64,000 nucleotides of DNA from NCBI GenBank assembly GCA_038087875.1, contig CM075977.1, forward strand, positions 161,200,001 to 161,264,000. Reading direction: 5' to 3'. Origin of the DNA: Malacoraja senta (Eukaryota). The notes under the pieces were generated by a model. The model was given only the letters and a program-made list of their open reading frames with translations. It did no database searches and was not told the origin of the DNA. Positions 11,151-25,347 of the stretch are shown here, one piece after another (the first letter of the stretch is position 1; each line of letters begins with the position of its first letter). The position numbers were made by a program, and so were the translations under genes.

Positions 11151-11745
11151 TAATACTAGTATAGTAGTATACTACTACATCTTCTACATATACATTCTAT
11201 CAACTTTTTTTTAGGAGCTTGAGAGTCTTAAAGTAACACAAGTTCCAGTTTGGCATATACTAGTCAATGAAAATACAACATTTGCAACTCGTCTTCACAA
11301 GCTTCACATATTCAAAAACTGAGCAGCAGGGAATTAAGTGCAATAGAGAGTGTCTGTTGGATACGTTGAGTTATGACTTGTATGAAATATCTTTGTACAA
11401 AGACACAAGGTAAGAGACATGCTCAAAGTGATCACTGAAGTGTCCTAAATGCTTAAAGGTCCTTAATTAGTACATATGTCATAATAAAAAATGTGGGATA
11501 AAGGAACCCGCAGGACTAATGCACTTGGTGGAGCTAGAAGGGTTACATCAAGTCATATTTTTTCCATTTTAAAGTCCAATGAAAAAAATGGGAAGAATTA
11601 GCAGGAATCAGTTGCAACATTAATATTTCTGGATATTCCAACTGCAACAAATTATACTACATTTATAAAGTGACATGTGAGTACTGCTGCTCACGGTATA
11701 AAGTAAATAGCTAGATAAATAATTACACCATTAAACAGTTCCTAC

Positions 11746-11834
11746 CAGAGCCAGGATATGAACTGCTTGTACTGGAGCTCCTCGGGATCGTCTTTCCCAT
11801 GCTTCTGCTGCATCTCCAACTCAGCCTGTCTCCC
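11746..11834 (-). CDS. FOCAD: FOCAD exon L: GRQAELEMQQKHGKDDPEELQYKQFISWL(W)
   Basis: ctatag acceptor, gtagga donor; 89 nt, ends phase 2. Confidence 0.94.
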
Positions 11835-14800
11835 CTATAGACAAAGTCATCAATCAACAGCCTCATCCCACAATGAAACTATTAGCAATCAGTGAGCACA
11901 GGCAAGAGGAAGTTGTATATCAGTTCACACTGAGAAAGGAATTGTGCTTGTAGTAAATTTAAAGTAAGACACCTATTTATAAAGTGAACCAGTGTGTAGC
12001 AATTTCCTAAAACCTTCCATTCTTAAGCAAGTGCCAACTCTCCAGGTGAAAATGTAGGGGCACCAATTAATCAGATAAGATGCACCAACACCATTCCGCA
12101 ATTAGCAGTGCAGAGGTGCACAGCATGCTCTGATCTTGCTTTAATGTATCCGACTCCATCGAACGGCTTCAGCTCAGCTTGAACGCTTGGCCCAATGTCA
12201 GTCAAAGACCAGGGATGAGCTTTTCTTGAACTCAGGGCAGATGGTAGACCTCCCAAAACACACTCAGTTGAATAAGGAGTGGGAATGAAAAGAAATGGGA
12301 AAATCTCCACTCCAAGGTCCTACTATTATGTCCTTGTTCTTATGCTCTTCTCGTGATGAAATACTTGGATTCCATCATGTCTGCAGATTATGTCTGTTCA
12401 TATGATTTATTGCTTTAATGATAAAAGTGAGTAATGTTTGAAAACTTGGCATCCCATTTGGCCCCGAGCAAAATTCACCTTCCCTTGATGGAGAATACCT
12501 ACTTTTAGCCCCATCGTGTTCTACATCCGAAAGCTTTCCATTTCTCTTCCCGCCTTTAGGACACTTAAATACAATTGGCGTCAACTTCTGCAGTTATGAG
12601 GCATGCTTTAAGATGCACATAGATGCTAAATAAATGCAACTTATTGTTGCTCTAAATTTAGCTTCATTTCAATTGTTATCTGCTGGAATAAGGAACTACC
12701 GCAACAGTTAGTTTTAGTCTGAAGAAGGGTCCCACCCCGAAAGGTCTCTTATCCACATTCTCCAGAGATGTTGCCTGATCTGCTGAATTACTTCAGCGCT
12801 TTGTGTTAAGTTAGTTTTTAGAAAGCAGATACTTCCAAGAAAGTAATTAATGTGAAAGTGTCAAATCAAATTCAAGTACAAGCTATTGATGTAAAAAGCA
12901 GAAAATAGGTGGGAAGACTACATGGAACTGTTCAGCACAGGAAAAGCTCTTCAGCCCATGATGTCTGTGCTGAACATGATGCCAAGTTAAACTAATCACT
13001 TCCGTTTGCACATGTTCAAAAATACTTCGGACTACCTCAAAAATAATTGTTAGGTCTTCACTGAAAAACTACAGGAAAAGTAGAGCTAGGGACTCCAGGA
13101 AACTGCAACCCTGGATAAACCAAATCAAAGCTCAAAGTCGATACATCAAATGTAATGAATTAACTGGCTTTGGCTGCAATTGCTCTCAGTGATCACCAGG
13201 CAAAGGAGGGAATATACAGATGGTTCTTCAATACTACCGAGGAAACTCAGCAGATACTGCACCTGGCCTTTAGATCAGGTGTCGACAGTAATTGAGGATA
13301 TTGACCATTGCCAATCAAGTTCAATCACATGGGTGAAACAAATGGGGGAGGGTGTCAAAAGTTGCTCAATGGCCTTAGAGAAGCGATGTCAAGTGTGCTT
13401 TAAAGAGCAGAACTGGAGACTCACCACTGTTTTTGGGAGTTCTTCAGACCTGTTTTTATGGAGAACTTGCTTATTTGGACTTTCTTGTGATATTTTTCCT
13501 CAACATTCAGTAAAATGGCTGCAGAGTCAATACTGTTAATAATCTGCTCAAATCAATGAACAACTCTCTCATTCAGCTGGATATTTAAAATTATAAAGGA
13601 ATAGAGCAGTTGGCACTTTGCCAGGAATGTGGTGGTTGCACTCATTGACAACGTGTGGATCGTTTTGGCCAACTTTGAATAATAGTGCTACTGCTTTTCC
13701 CATGAGACCTGGGAAAAACTCCCTTCAACTCAAAACCCAGAAAGGAATAAGCTTCTTATTAAGGGGATGAGCAGGGAAGTAAGTATGTGAAAAGAAAATG
13801 AAGTAAAACATGAATTATTCATTAAAGCCAGAAAAAATATTCGAAATTTAACACACCTGTCAATTAAAGTACACAACATTTTGTGCAAATATATATTTTG
13901 TGAGTGGAAATTAATCAAGCCTCTTATAACTGACACAATGAATTTGAAAGGATGAGATATATATGGAGATACATAAACAATAGGCTCCATCCAAGCCATA
14001 TGAAATCAAACCAATAAAATAAACAAACCAAGGGTAAATAAAGTAACCACAGAACATTCAGTACAATTAATGGTTATTTAATTATGTAATTACTATAGCC
14101 TGCAGACAAATCTGACAATGTGTTTGCCTGGTACTACAGGATTGCTGTGGGCAGCACCATGCTATGATTTCAGACTCTTCCTGTCACTTTCCCTGAGGGT
14201 CTAATCTCAGTAAATAGGAGAGAAAATACTAATTGAACTACAAAGACAATCATCCATTCAGAAAAACAGATAAATATGCTTGGACACTGCAAAATGTTGG
14301 AAGTTCAATGCAGCTTCTCAAAAATCCACATCCAAGAGTTGCCAAAATGGCTCATAAATCATCATGCAAGATTATAGTGATTCTCTTATAGCTGTAGCAG
14401 ATAATTAACAACAACTTCCTGCGAAACGTAGGGTTTTTTTGCTTGGTGATTTTGCTTCTTGTAACTACACTCTACATATAGGCACTGCTTTTCATTCAAA
14501 TTATTCAATACATCACAATTGTCAAGTATCATCAGCCTCATGTTACGACTTTGTCAACAGAAAAACGAATGTGCTTAATTTTCACAATTTTACACTAAAG
14601 AGAAAACATCTGCAAAATAGGTGTCATTATGAACAGGGTAATTTCCTTCAGGAAAAGAGAAAAGAAATCATGCCAGATATCCAACTAAATTCAGTTGCAA
14701 CATATATTCTGTGCTTAACTGAAACAATATGTTGAAGGGACAGTTTGTCTGGAGTCACACTGATGCATTGTGCAAAAACTGTTACCGTATTTCTTACATG

Positions 14801-15954
14801 CACAAAATTCTAGTCAAGAGAAATAATCCAGGATTTGATAACCAAAATGTCAATATGCCAGAAAGGACCAGGTCAATGAAACAAATAAAAATGTAAACAG
14901 AAAAAGCTGGAAACACTCATTAGGTCAGTTGACATCATTGCAAAAGAAAAACAGTGTAAGGATTTAGGTCCAAGACCATTCATCAGAACTGGGAAAGGAA
15001 CAGCAGTTGCTGGATTACCATGGAAAGACACAAAGTGCTGGGATAACTCAGCGGGTCAGGCAGCATCCTTGAAGAATGGATAGGTGACGTTTCTGAATTA
15101 GTCTGAAGAAGGGTCCTGACCCGATTCTTGAATAATTCTTGAAGCGAGCTTCAATCTGAGTGTGCATAGCCTTATACTGCACACATTGCACAATTAACAA
15201 CTGTTTTCAACATTAAATGTATGGCCGCAAACCACCTTCTTCAGACAAACCACAGGATAAATACGTAATATTTTACGAAGATTGCAATTGATTAATAATA
15301 AATGTTAGCATGATTTAATTACAGAAGCAAAGGGATCTATATATTTTTTGAACAATTAACAATTTTGTAGCACTAAATGCCCAATGTGCTTGGACACTGC
15401 AAAATGTTCTGCATTCCTTTAGTTGGGTAATGGGATAAAGTAGGCAAAGGTAGTATTGTATCTGGATATTGCTGTTCAGAATGTTAACACAGCACCTGGA
15501 GCTCAAACAAGTCATAAACAAACACATTAGAAACAATGAATAGAATTAAAAATTGTTTTGCCACAAAATAAATCATAGGGTTCATGCTGGCTCTTCGTAA
15601 AGCAATCCAATGAGTCCCATTCCCATAGCCCTGTAAATTAACCTCTCGGCTACCTATCCAATTCACCTTTGAAAGCCCTGAATGACTGTGATTCCATTAC
15701 CAGCATAAGCAATGAACTGCATTCCATAACTATTCTCCAAACAAAAACATTTCCCTCATATATTTTGCCCAAATTCTGGATCCGAGCCCACTCACCCTTG
15801 AACAATCTGTTATTAAGAATAGCTTCCTTCTATCTACCCTATCCAACAGTCATAACCTTATGCAGCGTCTTCAAATCTGTCAACCTGCATTGCTCCAAGG
15901 GGAACAACCCTTTAGAAACAATTAAAGATGGTGTTTCAAGCTGTCAAGTCCAAT

Positions 15955-16165
15955 GACAGATAGACACAAAATGCTGGAGTAACCCAGCGGGACAGACAGC
16001 ATCTCTGGAGAGAAGGAATAGGTGACTCTTCAGAGTCTGAGGAAGGGTTTCAACCCAAAATGTCACCTATTTCTTCTTTCCAGAGATGCTGTCTGTTACT
16101 CCAGCGGTACTAACTTTGTGTCTATCTTTGGTGTAAACCAGCATCTGCAGTTCCTTCCTACACAT
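15955..16165. mobile_element. Inverted (head-to-head) Penelope-tail element, degenerate hammerhead
   Basis: tagacacaaaatgctggagtaac.. arm followed by its reverse complement. Confidence 0.75.
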
Positions 16166-16169
16166 AAGT

Positions 16170-16490
16170 TAGTTTTGTTTGGTTTAGAGATACAGCAAGG
16201 AAACAAACCATTTGGCCACCCAGGTCCACACCAACCATTGATCACCTGTTCACACTAGTTTCATGTTATCCCACTTTCGCATCTACCCCCTATACACAGG
16301 GCTACTTACAGAGGCCAATTGACCAATAAACCCACACAGGTTTGTGATGTTGGAAGAAACCAGAGCACCCAGAGGAAACCCACGCAGTCACAGGGAGAAC
16401 ATGCAAACTCCACATAGATAGCTCCCTAGGACAGGATCGAACCCGGGTCTCTAGTGCTGTGAGATAGCAGCTCTACTCGCTGTACTACCT
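16170..16490 (-). mobile_element. HE1-like tRNA-derived SINE
   Basis: Reverse strand shows B-box-like ggttcgatcc, SINE core and aaact tail. Confidence 0.8.
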
Positions 16491-16753
16491 TTAGGTCTTA
16501 GTCAAACATTAACAATAGATAATGAAATAAACGAGAAAATGCTGGACACTCAGCAGGTTAGAAAAAGAAACAAAGTTTATATTTCAAGTTGAAGACCCTT
16601 TGTCTGAACTGATTTTCATTCTCTTACATTAACTGCCTTTTACTGAACAAATGAAATATTGCTATAAATAATATTTGCATCCATCAAAATATTTGTTGTC
16701 GATCAGTTAACTATCATGGAAGGAATCCATTGTTATCTCAAAGGTGTATTTAC

Positions 16754-16846
16754 CTGCAGAACAGCCTGATATGTTCTGGCCATAAATCCTAGCCATGCTT
16801 GGGACATCAAAATTGATTTATGCCATTCAGAAGGTTGAATGGGCAC
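16754..16846 (-). CDS. FOCAD: FOCAD exon K: VPIQPSEWHKSILMSQAWLGFMARTYQAVLQ
   Basis: ttacag acceptor, gtaaat donor; 93 nt. Confidence 0.94.
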
Positions 16847-17619
16847 CTGTAAATTGAATATAGATCATCAGATATCAAAATCATAATTGACCCCACTAAG
16901 AGCCATAGAAAGATTTGAAATTATCATGCACAGATAAACATTTGTTGATCATGTGGGAACCTTATCTATCAATGGGGTTGGCTAAAGATTTAAGAGTGTT
17001 CAAGAAAGTATTTAATGTGATTTCCTCCCCAAAGATTCAAAGAGTGCAATGCTTTTTATTCTCCACAAATCTTATAAACTCTATTCTACTTAACAAAAGA
17101 ACAGGCTTCTGATCTTATTTGAGACAGAGAATATCCCGCCAACAGAGGAGTGGTAGTGAAAGCCGTGCACCCCAGCATACATTTCTGGAAATGCTCCACT
17201 TTACTGGAGGTAAGAGACATCACCACATTCACACCTATGTGAATCATGCAGTGCCAATGAAAGCTATTCATTTGTCATTTCTGATGTGATTTAATTTGCT
17301 TCCCTAACAATTTTATTTTGAGTTATGGAATTATCTTCTAACTATATTTTGATCTCTTGTGACTTGACTACAGCATATTTAGATCAGATTATTCTGCAAT
17401 TCTGAAAACATTCTCAAATAAGGTTTTCTAGGATTTTTTAAAAAACTATTCTGGAAACATACTAATGTTATTTTATTCTAAAATACATGACTATTTCTGG
17501 CTGTTTCAAAAATCCACATCATTTAAAAAATATTATCCCCAGTAGGGGATTTACAGGGAATGTTTAAACATTGTCTTCTGGTATCAGCATTTTTTTTTTG
17601 AATATCAAAGAGGAGGGAG

Positions 17620-17957
17620 GGAGTAGTATGGAGAGAATGAGAAAAACTAAAAGAAAGAAAGTGTAGAGAGTGTGATGGAGAGCAAAATCAATAAAATGGA
17701 GCAAGAAAGAGTAGTGCAGGAAGGCACAGAAGGAATGTGAGTGGAAGCCAGGAGTTGGGTGGGGAATGAATGGGAATAAGAGCACAAAAGTGCGAAAGAG
17801 TGAACAAGAAAGAGCAGAGGAACAAGAGAGTGAAAGAGAAATAGCGAAAGAGAGGAGAAAGGTCGGAAAGACAGAACAAGATACTCAGATGGAAAGAGAC
17901 GGAGATATCAGGGATGTAGGAAAGAAGGTAAATGAGAAAGCAAGGTTGATGGGGAGA
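17620..17957. repeat. Purine-rich low-complexity tract
   Basis: A/G-rich sequence; source of spurious ORFs. Confidence 0.7.
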
Positions 17958-18863
17958 TAAGACACAAAATGCTGGAGTAACTCAGCGGGACAAGCAGCAT
18001 CTCTGGAGTGAAGGAATGGGTGGCGTTTCGGGGCTAGACCCTTCTTCAGATCAGTTGATTGGGAAATGATTGCCAAGAAAACGTGCTTGCATTGTTCAAT
18101 GATCAAAACACCAACCATACAAGAGACATGATGGAAGAGGCTTCCAATGTGGAGAACATAGGTAAATAAGAAGCAACGATTTCAGTTATAACAAAAATTC
18201 ACCAGCAAACCACTGGTGCAAAGAGGTGATTATGACGGATGAAAGGAGTCGAAGTTTCTTCACCTACATGTTTGATCTAAGTTCATTAAAATGCTTAGGT
18301 AAAGAAATAAAATCCATTAGATTTTATGGAGCAGCCGTTACTTAAAGACAGTTCCTGTCGAAAGTATGCCTTGAAAATGAGATCGTATTGTTGGAGGGTA
18401 AACTGTGACAATGGTAAGAGAATATCAAAATTGGGGATAAGAGAGGTGGTGAGAAGAGCATTGGAGAAGGTAATGTTGCAGCTGCCCGTGGAGGCAATGG
18501 TACAGCTCAGACAAGTGGTTATTTTATCAGCATTCCCCTGTGTTTCACTCTTAGGAAAATGAACACAGGGGAACACAGGGGAATACTGTATGCAACTGCG
18601 GTTCATGCAGTGAAAGTAGCTCTAATGGATTCCTTTACAAGAAGCAGCATTAAAATAGATTTTTGTTGAAATATGTTATGCTTTGAGCTCTAGATTTTCC
18701 CCCACCCCCAAGATGAATACACATCTTTTTCCACAACTACTGGTTTTCAGGGCAGTTGATCAAAATGTCAGAATGTTTGCATGATTTTAATCTTCAGATA
18801 TATATACATACACATACACACATATATAAATATATACACACACACATCTCAAAACCCACCTAC

Positions 18864-18985
18864 CTCATGGATTAGGGCTGCAAGCATCTGCTGATAACTG
18901 CGACCTCTACTAACAAGAAAGCGATTAATAGGCTTGCCATCTTTGTCAGTTTGGATATGTAGATCATAACATAGCAATAATCCAG
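18864..18985 (-). CDS. FOCAD: FOCAD exon J: (A)GLLLCYDLHIQTDKDGKPINRFLVSRGRSYQQMLAALIHE
   Basis: ttacag acceptor, gtaggt donor; 122 nt, phase 1/0. Confidence 0.95.
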
Positions 18986-19816
18986 CTGTAAAAACAACAC
19001 AAAGTAGGACAGGTTTAAGATGCAAGACCAATATTCTAAGGAAGACATTAAAAGTATCAGCGTTTTACATTTGTACTCAGCAGCGACGTCCGAGTTATAA
19101 AGATCCTCATCAGGTTGTACAAACTATAAATCTGGAGTGAATCATTGGGAATGGTGATATTCTTCAAAATACTCATCTTTCCATTCTTTTCCAGAGTGAA
19201 ACAAAACAGATCTCAAAGCAGGCTTCTTTAAGAGATTAGTGTCATGAAGATTCGCGAGATCTCCCATTTTACTATTTCAGCAGGAATGTATCGTAACATT
19301 GGTTGGAACTGAGTGAAGCTTTTTGGTTGGTTCCCAAATAAACTACGGCCGAGTAACAGTTTTTACTGCAAGCACAATGCAATGATCCAGATGTGCATTA
19401 AGTAAGTAAGTAAGTTTATTGGCCAAGTATTCACATACAAGGAATTTGCCTTGGTGCTCCGCTCACAAGTAACAACATGACATCCAGTGACAGTTACAAA
19501 TGACTCAGAAAGCACTAAACATTAATAATAATAATAAAACATTAATAATAAAACATTAAGTTATCAATAACACTCATTAATTAAACCAAAAAATAATTCC
19601 AATCAATGCATGCATGCTGAAGTGCAAAGTTATGAAAGCTACATCTAATGACCTGGTCTTCCACAAGCTTTACTTTCCATGTAATCCCATGGAATGACTG
19701 GACCTTAAAATCAATATTTGAGTAGATTTCCTAATTTACTTATTTATTTACCAATCATATCGGAACACAATCAGACCTTGTGCATCAGAAACAAAATTAT
19801 TTTGTTTTAAACACTA

Positions 19817-20856
19817 TAGGTATGTTACAAAACTTACCTTCAGCCGCGCTGTAATTCTGCCACTGGCCGTGTGCGCGATTTTGGCGCCTTTAAGGGGGGG
19901 CGGGGTTAAAACGCGGGTTTCTCCTTCCTTGTCCTAGTTAATATTTTGTTGGAGTACAAGCGCTGGCTGATGAATCGTTCCTACCGGCATTTTGTGTGTT
20001 TTTTATTTTTATTAAATCGTCAATGTCAGCGCTAGAGTTATTTTAAAATCAGCTCCTGAAGCGTCAACGCCGATAACGGGGACGGATTTCACACACAGGA
20101 CAGGTAAACGAAAGTGCTTTCTTTAAATGTATAAAAGTGCTTCTTAAGAAGCCTTTAATTCACATTTTTTCATGCGACACGGTGATTTTATTCCCCGAAT
20201 TAACGGCAGAATTTTTCATGCCAATACGGGGTTAAATTCACCGCAAATGAACGTTCCAAAAGATCGCATTCCAGAAATTCTCACTCACAAGATGAATTAA
20301 ATCCCCATTAATTTACAGGTATTAAACATTCAATTCCTTCCATTTGGCCTGTAAATTCATGAAAATAAGATTTAAAAATTATGTTAGATTGTGAATTATT
20401 GTGTGAATGTTATTTGGACACTTAGGCTATTTAAAATGTTAATCTATTCTTAAGAAATTGATAGATGTTTAGATCTAGTAATTGAATTTTGTAATTAGCT
20501 ACAATTAGGTAACTAACTAATTATATGCTTTACTTTCATGTCTTCTAAGTAAGATTGTTTCATATTTGTTTCAGAATGCTTCAATCTATAATAACTGAAA
20601 ATTTCATTCAGTTATCTTAATTTTTAAGAAAGTTATGGGCTTTTGACTGTCCTCGATCACAGCTTTTGTGTTAAGTCAATGGAAAAGCAATATGGAACAA
20701 GATGCTAATTTCCGAGTATGAAAATGGCCTTAACTTCTTTAATACTGAAGATATGAAAGTGAATTAGGTGTCAAATTAAACTTATTTTTATGCTTTATCT
20801 GATGGGATAAATTGCAGACTTTATTTTTAAAATCTCAAAATTTTGTAACATTGCTA
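19817..20856 (+). mobile_element. Non-autonomous DNA transposon with TAG..CTA termini and 7-bp TSD, copy 1
   Basis: TIRs taggtatgttacaaaa / ttttgtaacattgcta; TSD aacacta at 19810-19816 and 20857-20863; second copy inverted at 34333-35374. Confidence 0.85.
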
Positions 20857-21112
20857 AACACTACGTTGTATCTTAATTACTAAACAATCTGTGTGGTGTC
20901 ACAAATTATACGTATAGAATTACATTCATATATATTTGAAAAACTGGCTCAATAATTATTTGAAAAACAGACATATTTAGTTTATCCCTTCACGTTTATC
21001 GCAGCACTTACACTCAATCCTATTTCCATTCCTTCTTTTTGTTTAACTTTCTGTACTGATTAAGCAAATCTATTTCACCTGCGGTTCAAACCACAAAGTC
21101 AGAATTCAACAC

Positions 21113-21430
21113 CGGGTGGCGCCACCAGCAGTGGCTGCCTCGCCAACAGTCTGTCTGTCCTTTCTTCTTTTTTGTTATTTTTAGTATGTGTTAAAATGTA
21201 TGTTTTAGTGTTCCTTGGTTTGTTTAATGTGGGGAGGGGTTGGGGGAAAAGTTTTTTCCCAATCTCTTACTCTGACGAGATGTGCTTTTTTTCTGTATCG
21301 TTTCACTCTCCGCACTGTGGCCTAACATCGTGGAGTTGGCGGCCATTCCTGGAGGGGGCTCCAAGCCGCGGGAATCTGCGGGACTTTAACATCGTGAAGC
21401 CCGCGGTCTCTGGTAAGAAGAGGCTGACTC
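21113..21430 (+). mobile_element. GC-rich retroelement copy 2 (5' part)
   Basis: Head ggtggcgcc..gctgcctcgccaacagtctgtctgtcc; inverted match to 21990-22221. Confidence 0.7.
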
Positions 21431-21543
21431 CACCACCCCAGAAATGCATTCCAGGCACCTATATAAAAAAGATAGACACAAAATGCTGGAGCTATTCGGC
21501 GGATCAGGCGCCATCTCTGGAGAAAATGAATTAGTGACGTTTC

Positions 21544-22219
21544 AAAGGTTTCAAAGGTCTTTTATTGTCACATGTACCAGTTAAGGTACAGTGATATGCA
21601 AATTATTATACAGCCATATGAAAAAAAAAGCACCAACTACATAAAGGTTGACATAAACACCCACCACAGCGGAGTCCCCACATTCCTCACTGTGAGGAAG
21701 GCAAAACAAGTCCAATCTTCTTCCTCTTTATTCTCCTGCGGTCGGGACAGCAGAACCATCCGTCGGGGCAATCAGAGCTACCGCAGCCGGTGGTCGAAGC
21801 CCCCGCGTCAGGGCGATTGAAACTCCCGCGTTGGGGCAGTTGAAACTCCCGCGGCTTGGAGCTCGGTTTCTGACCAGAGACTTGATGTTAAAGTCCGCAA
21901 GCACCCACGGTTGGAGCTCTGAGGTAGATCCCTGATGCTAAAGTCCCGAGGGCTCCCCATGGTGTAGCTCTCAAAATCGGTTTCCAGCAAAGGCCGCCAA
22001 CTCCTCGATGTTAGGCCGCAGTGCAGACGGAGATACGATACGGAAAAAAATTGCATCTCCATCGAGGTAAGAGATTAGAAAAAGTTTCCCCCAATCCCCC
22101 CCCCCCCACATAAAACAAGCTAAAGAACACAAAAAACATACATTTAACACACAATTAAAACACAACGCAGGAAAGGACAGACAGACTGTTGGTGAGGCAG
22201 CCATTGCCGGCGCCACCCG
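21544..22219 (-). mobile_element. GC-rich retroelement copy 3, inserted into a Penelope-tail hammerhead
   Basis: Tail gtgacaataaaagacctttgaaacctttg on the minus strand; flanks rejoin gtgacgtttc|gggttg. Confidence 0.75.
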
Positions 22220-22349
22220 GGTTGAAATCCTTGTGTAAGGTCCCGACCTGAAACATCACTTATATATTTGAATTACCAGCTGAATTACTCCACCATTTTG
22301 TGCCTATCTTTGGTATAAACCAGCATCTGCAGTTCATTTTTGTTACATT

Positions 22350-23125
22350 ATTTCCCAGATAAAAAACTTGTGCCGCACATCTCATTTAAATTTCCCCCCT
22401 CTTACCTTAATGTTATGTCCTTTAGTCTTTGACATTACCACACTGGGAAAAGAGATCTATCTATGCTTCTCACAATTTTATATATTTCCATCACGTCTCC
22501 TCTTCAACTTCCGAAGCTCCCGAGAAAACAATGCAAGTTTGTCTAATATCCTCTAATCCAGGTATAATTCTGGTAACATTCTACTGCAAGCTCTTCAAGG
22601 CCTCCACATCCTTCCTGTAATGGGACGACTAGAACTGCATGCAATACTCCAAATGTGGCTTAACCCAAGTTTTATAAAGCTGCAACATGACTTCCTGATG
22701 CTTATACTCAGTGCCCTGGATGAAGCATACTATACCCCTTCTTCACCATTCTATCCACTCGTGTTGCTACTTTCAGGGAGCTATGGCCTTGAACCCTATG
22801 ATCCCTCTGTTCATTGGTGCTGCTTTGGGTCTTGTACCAGTATACCTTCTCCTCACATTTGACCTCCCAAAGTGCTACACCTAATGCTTGCTCAGATTAA
22901 ACTCTATCTGACATTTTTCTGCCCATATATGCAAATGATCTATATCCAGCTGTATCCTTTGACAGCCTTATTAACTGTCTGCAACTCTACCAACTTTAGT
23001 GTCTGTAAACTTACTAAACAATACAGCTTCATTCATGTCCAAGTCATTTACATATATCACAAACAACCAAGGTCCCAGCACAGATCCCTGTGGAACACTA
23101 CTGGAACAGACCTCCAGCCAGATTA
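22350..23125 (-). mobile_element. Decayed CR1 LINE 3' RT fragment
   Basis: Similar to the GVPQGSVLGP..YINDLD region and CR1 3' end; many stops. Confidence 0.7.
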
Positions 23126-23590
23126 ACACTAGTCAGATATTTCATATTCCAGACATTTCATTTTAGAACATATTTCAGATATGTAACAAAAGTTGCATTG
23201 CAAATCAAGGATTTAACATTAAATCAAAATAAAATGCAAAATGACATGATAAATATTCCATGAAACCTTTGAGTTATAAAGTGCAGAGTTTCCAACAAGC
23301 TTTTCCCACTATCTGCCAAATGTTCTGCTTTCCCCATCTGTGACCAATCACATAATTTTGTGTGTATACTGTGATTTTTGGAGTAGAAATAATGGCAGGG
23401 GGAGTGTTAAATAACTTTGTCTTCTCGGATACAACTTCCTATTATAATGTATGGGTATTATTAGGCTACATGAATGATTGCCAAATGGCCATGCAACAAA
23501 TGAACTTGTTGCATTTATGAAAGCTCTGGGAAAACAGATTAGTTCACAACAACAAGCAACACTTGTCAATAAGACTGATGGCTAATTTAC

Positions 23591-23779
23591 CTGCCAGCCC
23601 AGATTTCAGTCCAGGTTGTTTGTTCTTCTCATAAGTCTTCAGCATGAAGTTGGGAATCCCAGCTACGGTCTTCCCTTGGTCAGAACGCACGGTTCCACCT
23701 CGCATTGCAGAAAAATACACTCCACGGGGCATTACACTTAATTCCTGGTTCACAAGGGACGACAAAAACTCTTCAAAAG
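23591..23779 (-). CDS. FOCAD: FOCAD exon I: (A)FEEFLSSLVNQELSVMPRGVYFSAMRGGTVRSDQGKTVAGIPNFMLKTYEKNKQPGLKSGLA
   Basis: ttacag acceptor, gtaaat donor; 189 nt, phase 1/1; RSDQGKTVAGIPNF motif. Confidence 0.96.
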
Positions 23780-25056
23780 CTGTAAAAAAAAAGGTCAAAG
23801 AAGTGCTACTTCTGGCTGTCATGAGGAACAAAATTAGTAACTGCAAGTTCAAATTAAAATAGCTTGGCCAAGACAATCACTCCCATGTGTCATCATAACT
23901 TTGAGTTAACCTCTGCCTAAACTTTTATTCAGGAAGCTGCCAGTAAGCGATGTCAGATGCTCTACGAAAGAGACAAATGCTTTTAACTCTTTACTCTTCT
24001 GGTGATTAATCACTGTATTGCCAACGCTGGCCTGAAGACAAACAATTAGTATTAGACACGGAGAAGAGCGTCTGTTCTGCCTTTTGGAGCAACCAGGAAG
24101 AGAAATAGTTGCAAACTTTAAAATAATATAATTTGTGATCAATACTAGAATGCAGACCTAGAAGGTAAAAGCAATGTCAATTTTGGAGTTGCACTTAGAT
24201 ATCAAAATTAGGAAAACAGTTCCTTATATCTTGTTGGTTTCAGACCATATGCAAAAAAGCATAAAACAATCATTTGACAAGCATTGGCTCATTCATTAGT
24301 GGACCCGAAGCGTTGCCTATTTCCTTCGCTCCATAGATGCTGCCTCACCCGCTGAGTTTCTCCAGCATTTTTGTCTACCAAAGTATTATTGTGATTGTGA
24401 TTGATTGAGCTGTAGACAGATTGTGCCGAAGGTGATACCTCAAATTTAAACCACCTCACCTCACATTCAAATTGACGCTCCAAATCTACTCTGCGTATAA
24501 ACACAGAAACAAATTATTGTGTCCCAAGCTTTATCACCCATCAAACAGAACTAGCAATCTAGACACATCTTTTCTTTCATCACTTTTTGCATTGCACACT
24601 ATTTAATGTTCACGATCACCACTTTTCATCATCCCAGCCATTTTCCCAAGCATATTTATTCTCACACCTGTCCCTCCTGAAGGTCCCTCTCCCCAATCTT
24701 TCCTTAGGCTCTTTAATTACTTGAAAATGCAATTCCAAATCCTTTCAGTTCCAGTTAGACAGATGACTAGAGATATCAAAACTCTTTATCTAACTATTAA
24801 TGTCGCCTTTCTGGCTGTAGTTTTACTAGAATAAGGTGTATTTATGATACAGCATCAATTACGTTGGGTTGGGCACAGTTGGCTTGGAAAGTACAGTGGT
24901 ACCACATCAAGTGAGTTGATGAAATATTTCCTTAATTATAGTGACTGGCTCATATATTTGAAGTCACACAATCTGCACAAGAACAACTCAATTAGAGGTG
25001 CTCAATACAGCCTGCAGCGAGTCCTTTCTTAAATGGCTTCAGGATAACTCCAACAA

Positions 25057-25347
25057 GGGCGGCACAGTGGCGCAGCGGTAGAGTTGTGGTGGAGACCCAG
25101 ATTCGATTCTAACTACGGGTGCTGTCTGTATGGAATTTGTACCTTCTCCCTGTAACTGCGTGGGTTTCCTCCGGGTGGTCCGGTTTCCTGCCACATTCCA
25201 AAGATGTGCAGGTTTGTAGGTTGATTGGCTTCTGTAAAATTGTTTCTGGTGTGTAGGATAAAACCAGTGCACAGGTGATCATTGGGCAGCATGGACTAGG
25301 TGGGTCAAAGGGCCTGCTTCCATGTTGCAGCTCGAAACTAAACTAAG
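25057..25347 (+). mobile_element. Near full-length HE1-like SINE
   Basis: tRNA-like head gggcggcacagtggcgcagcggtaga (A box), ttcgattc B box, conserved core, (aaact)n tail. Confidence 0.85.

Noticed and set aside
12020-13720. Possible ancient repeat or conserved element
   Set aside because: Composition is suggestive but I found no diagnostic motif, termini or second copy, apart from the Penelope tail at 12718 and a short CR1 tail near 12920
17564-17960. Hydrophobic and charged ORFs
   Set aside because: Artefacts of a purine-rich low-complexity tract
25057-25130. tRNA gene
   Set aside because: tRNA-derived SINE head that continues into SINE core and tail; no complete cloverleaf
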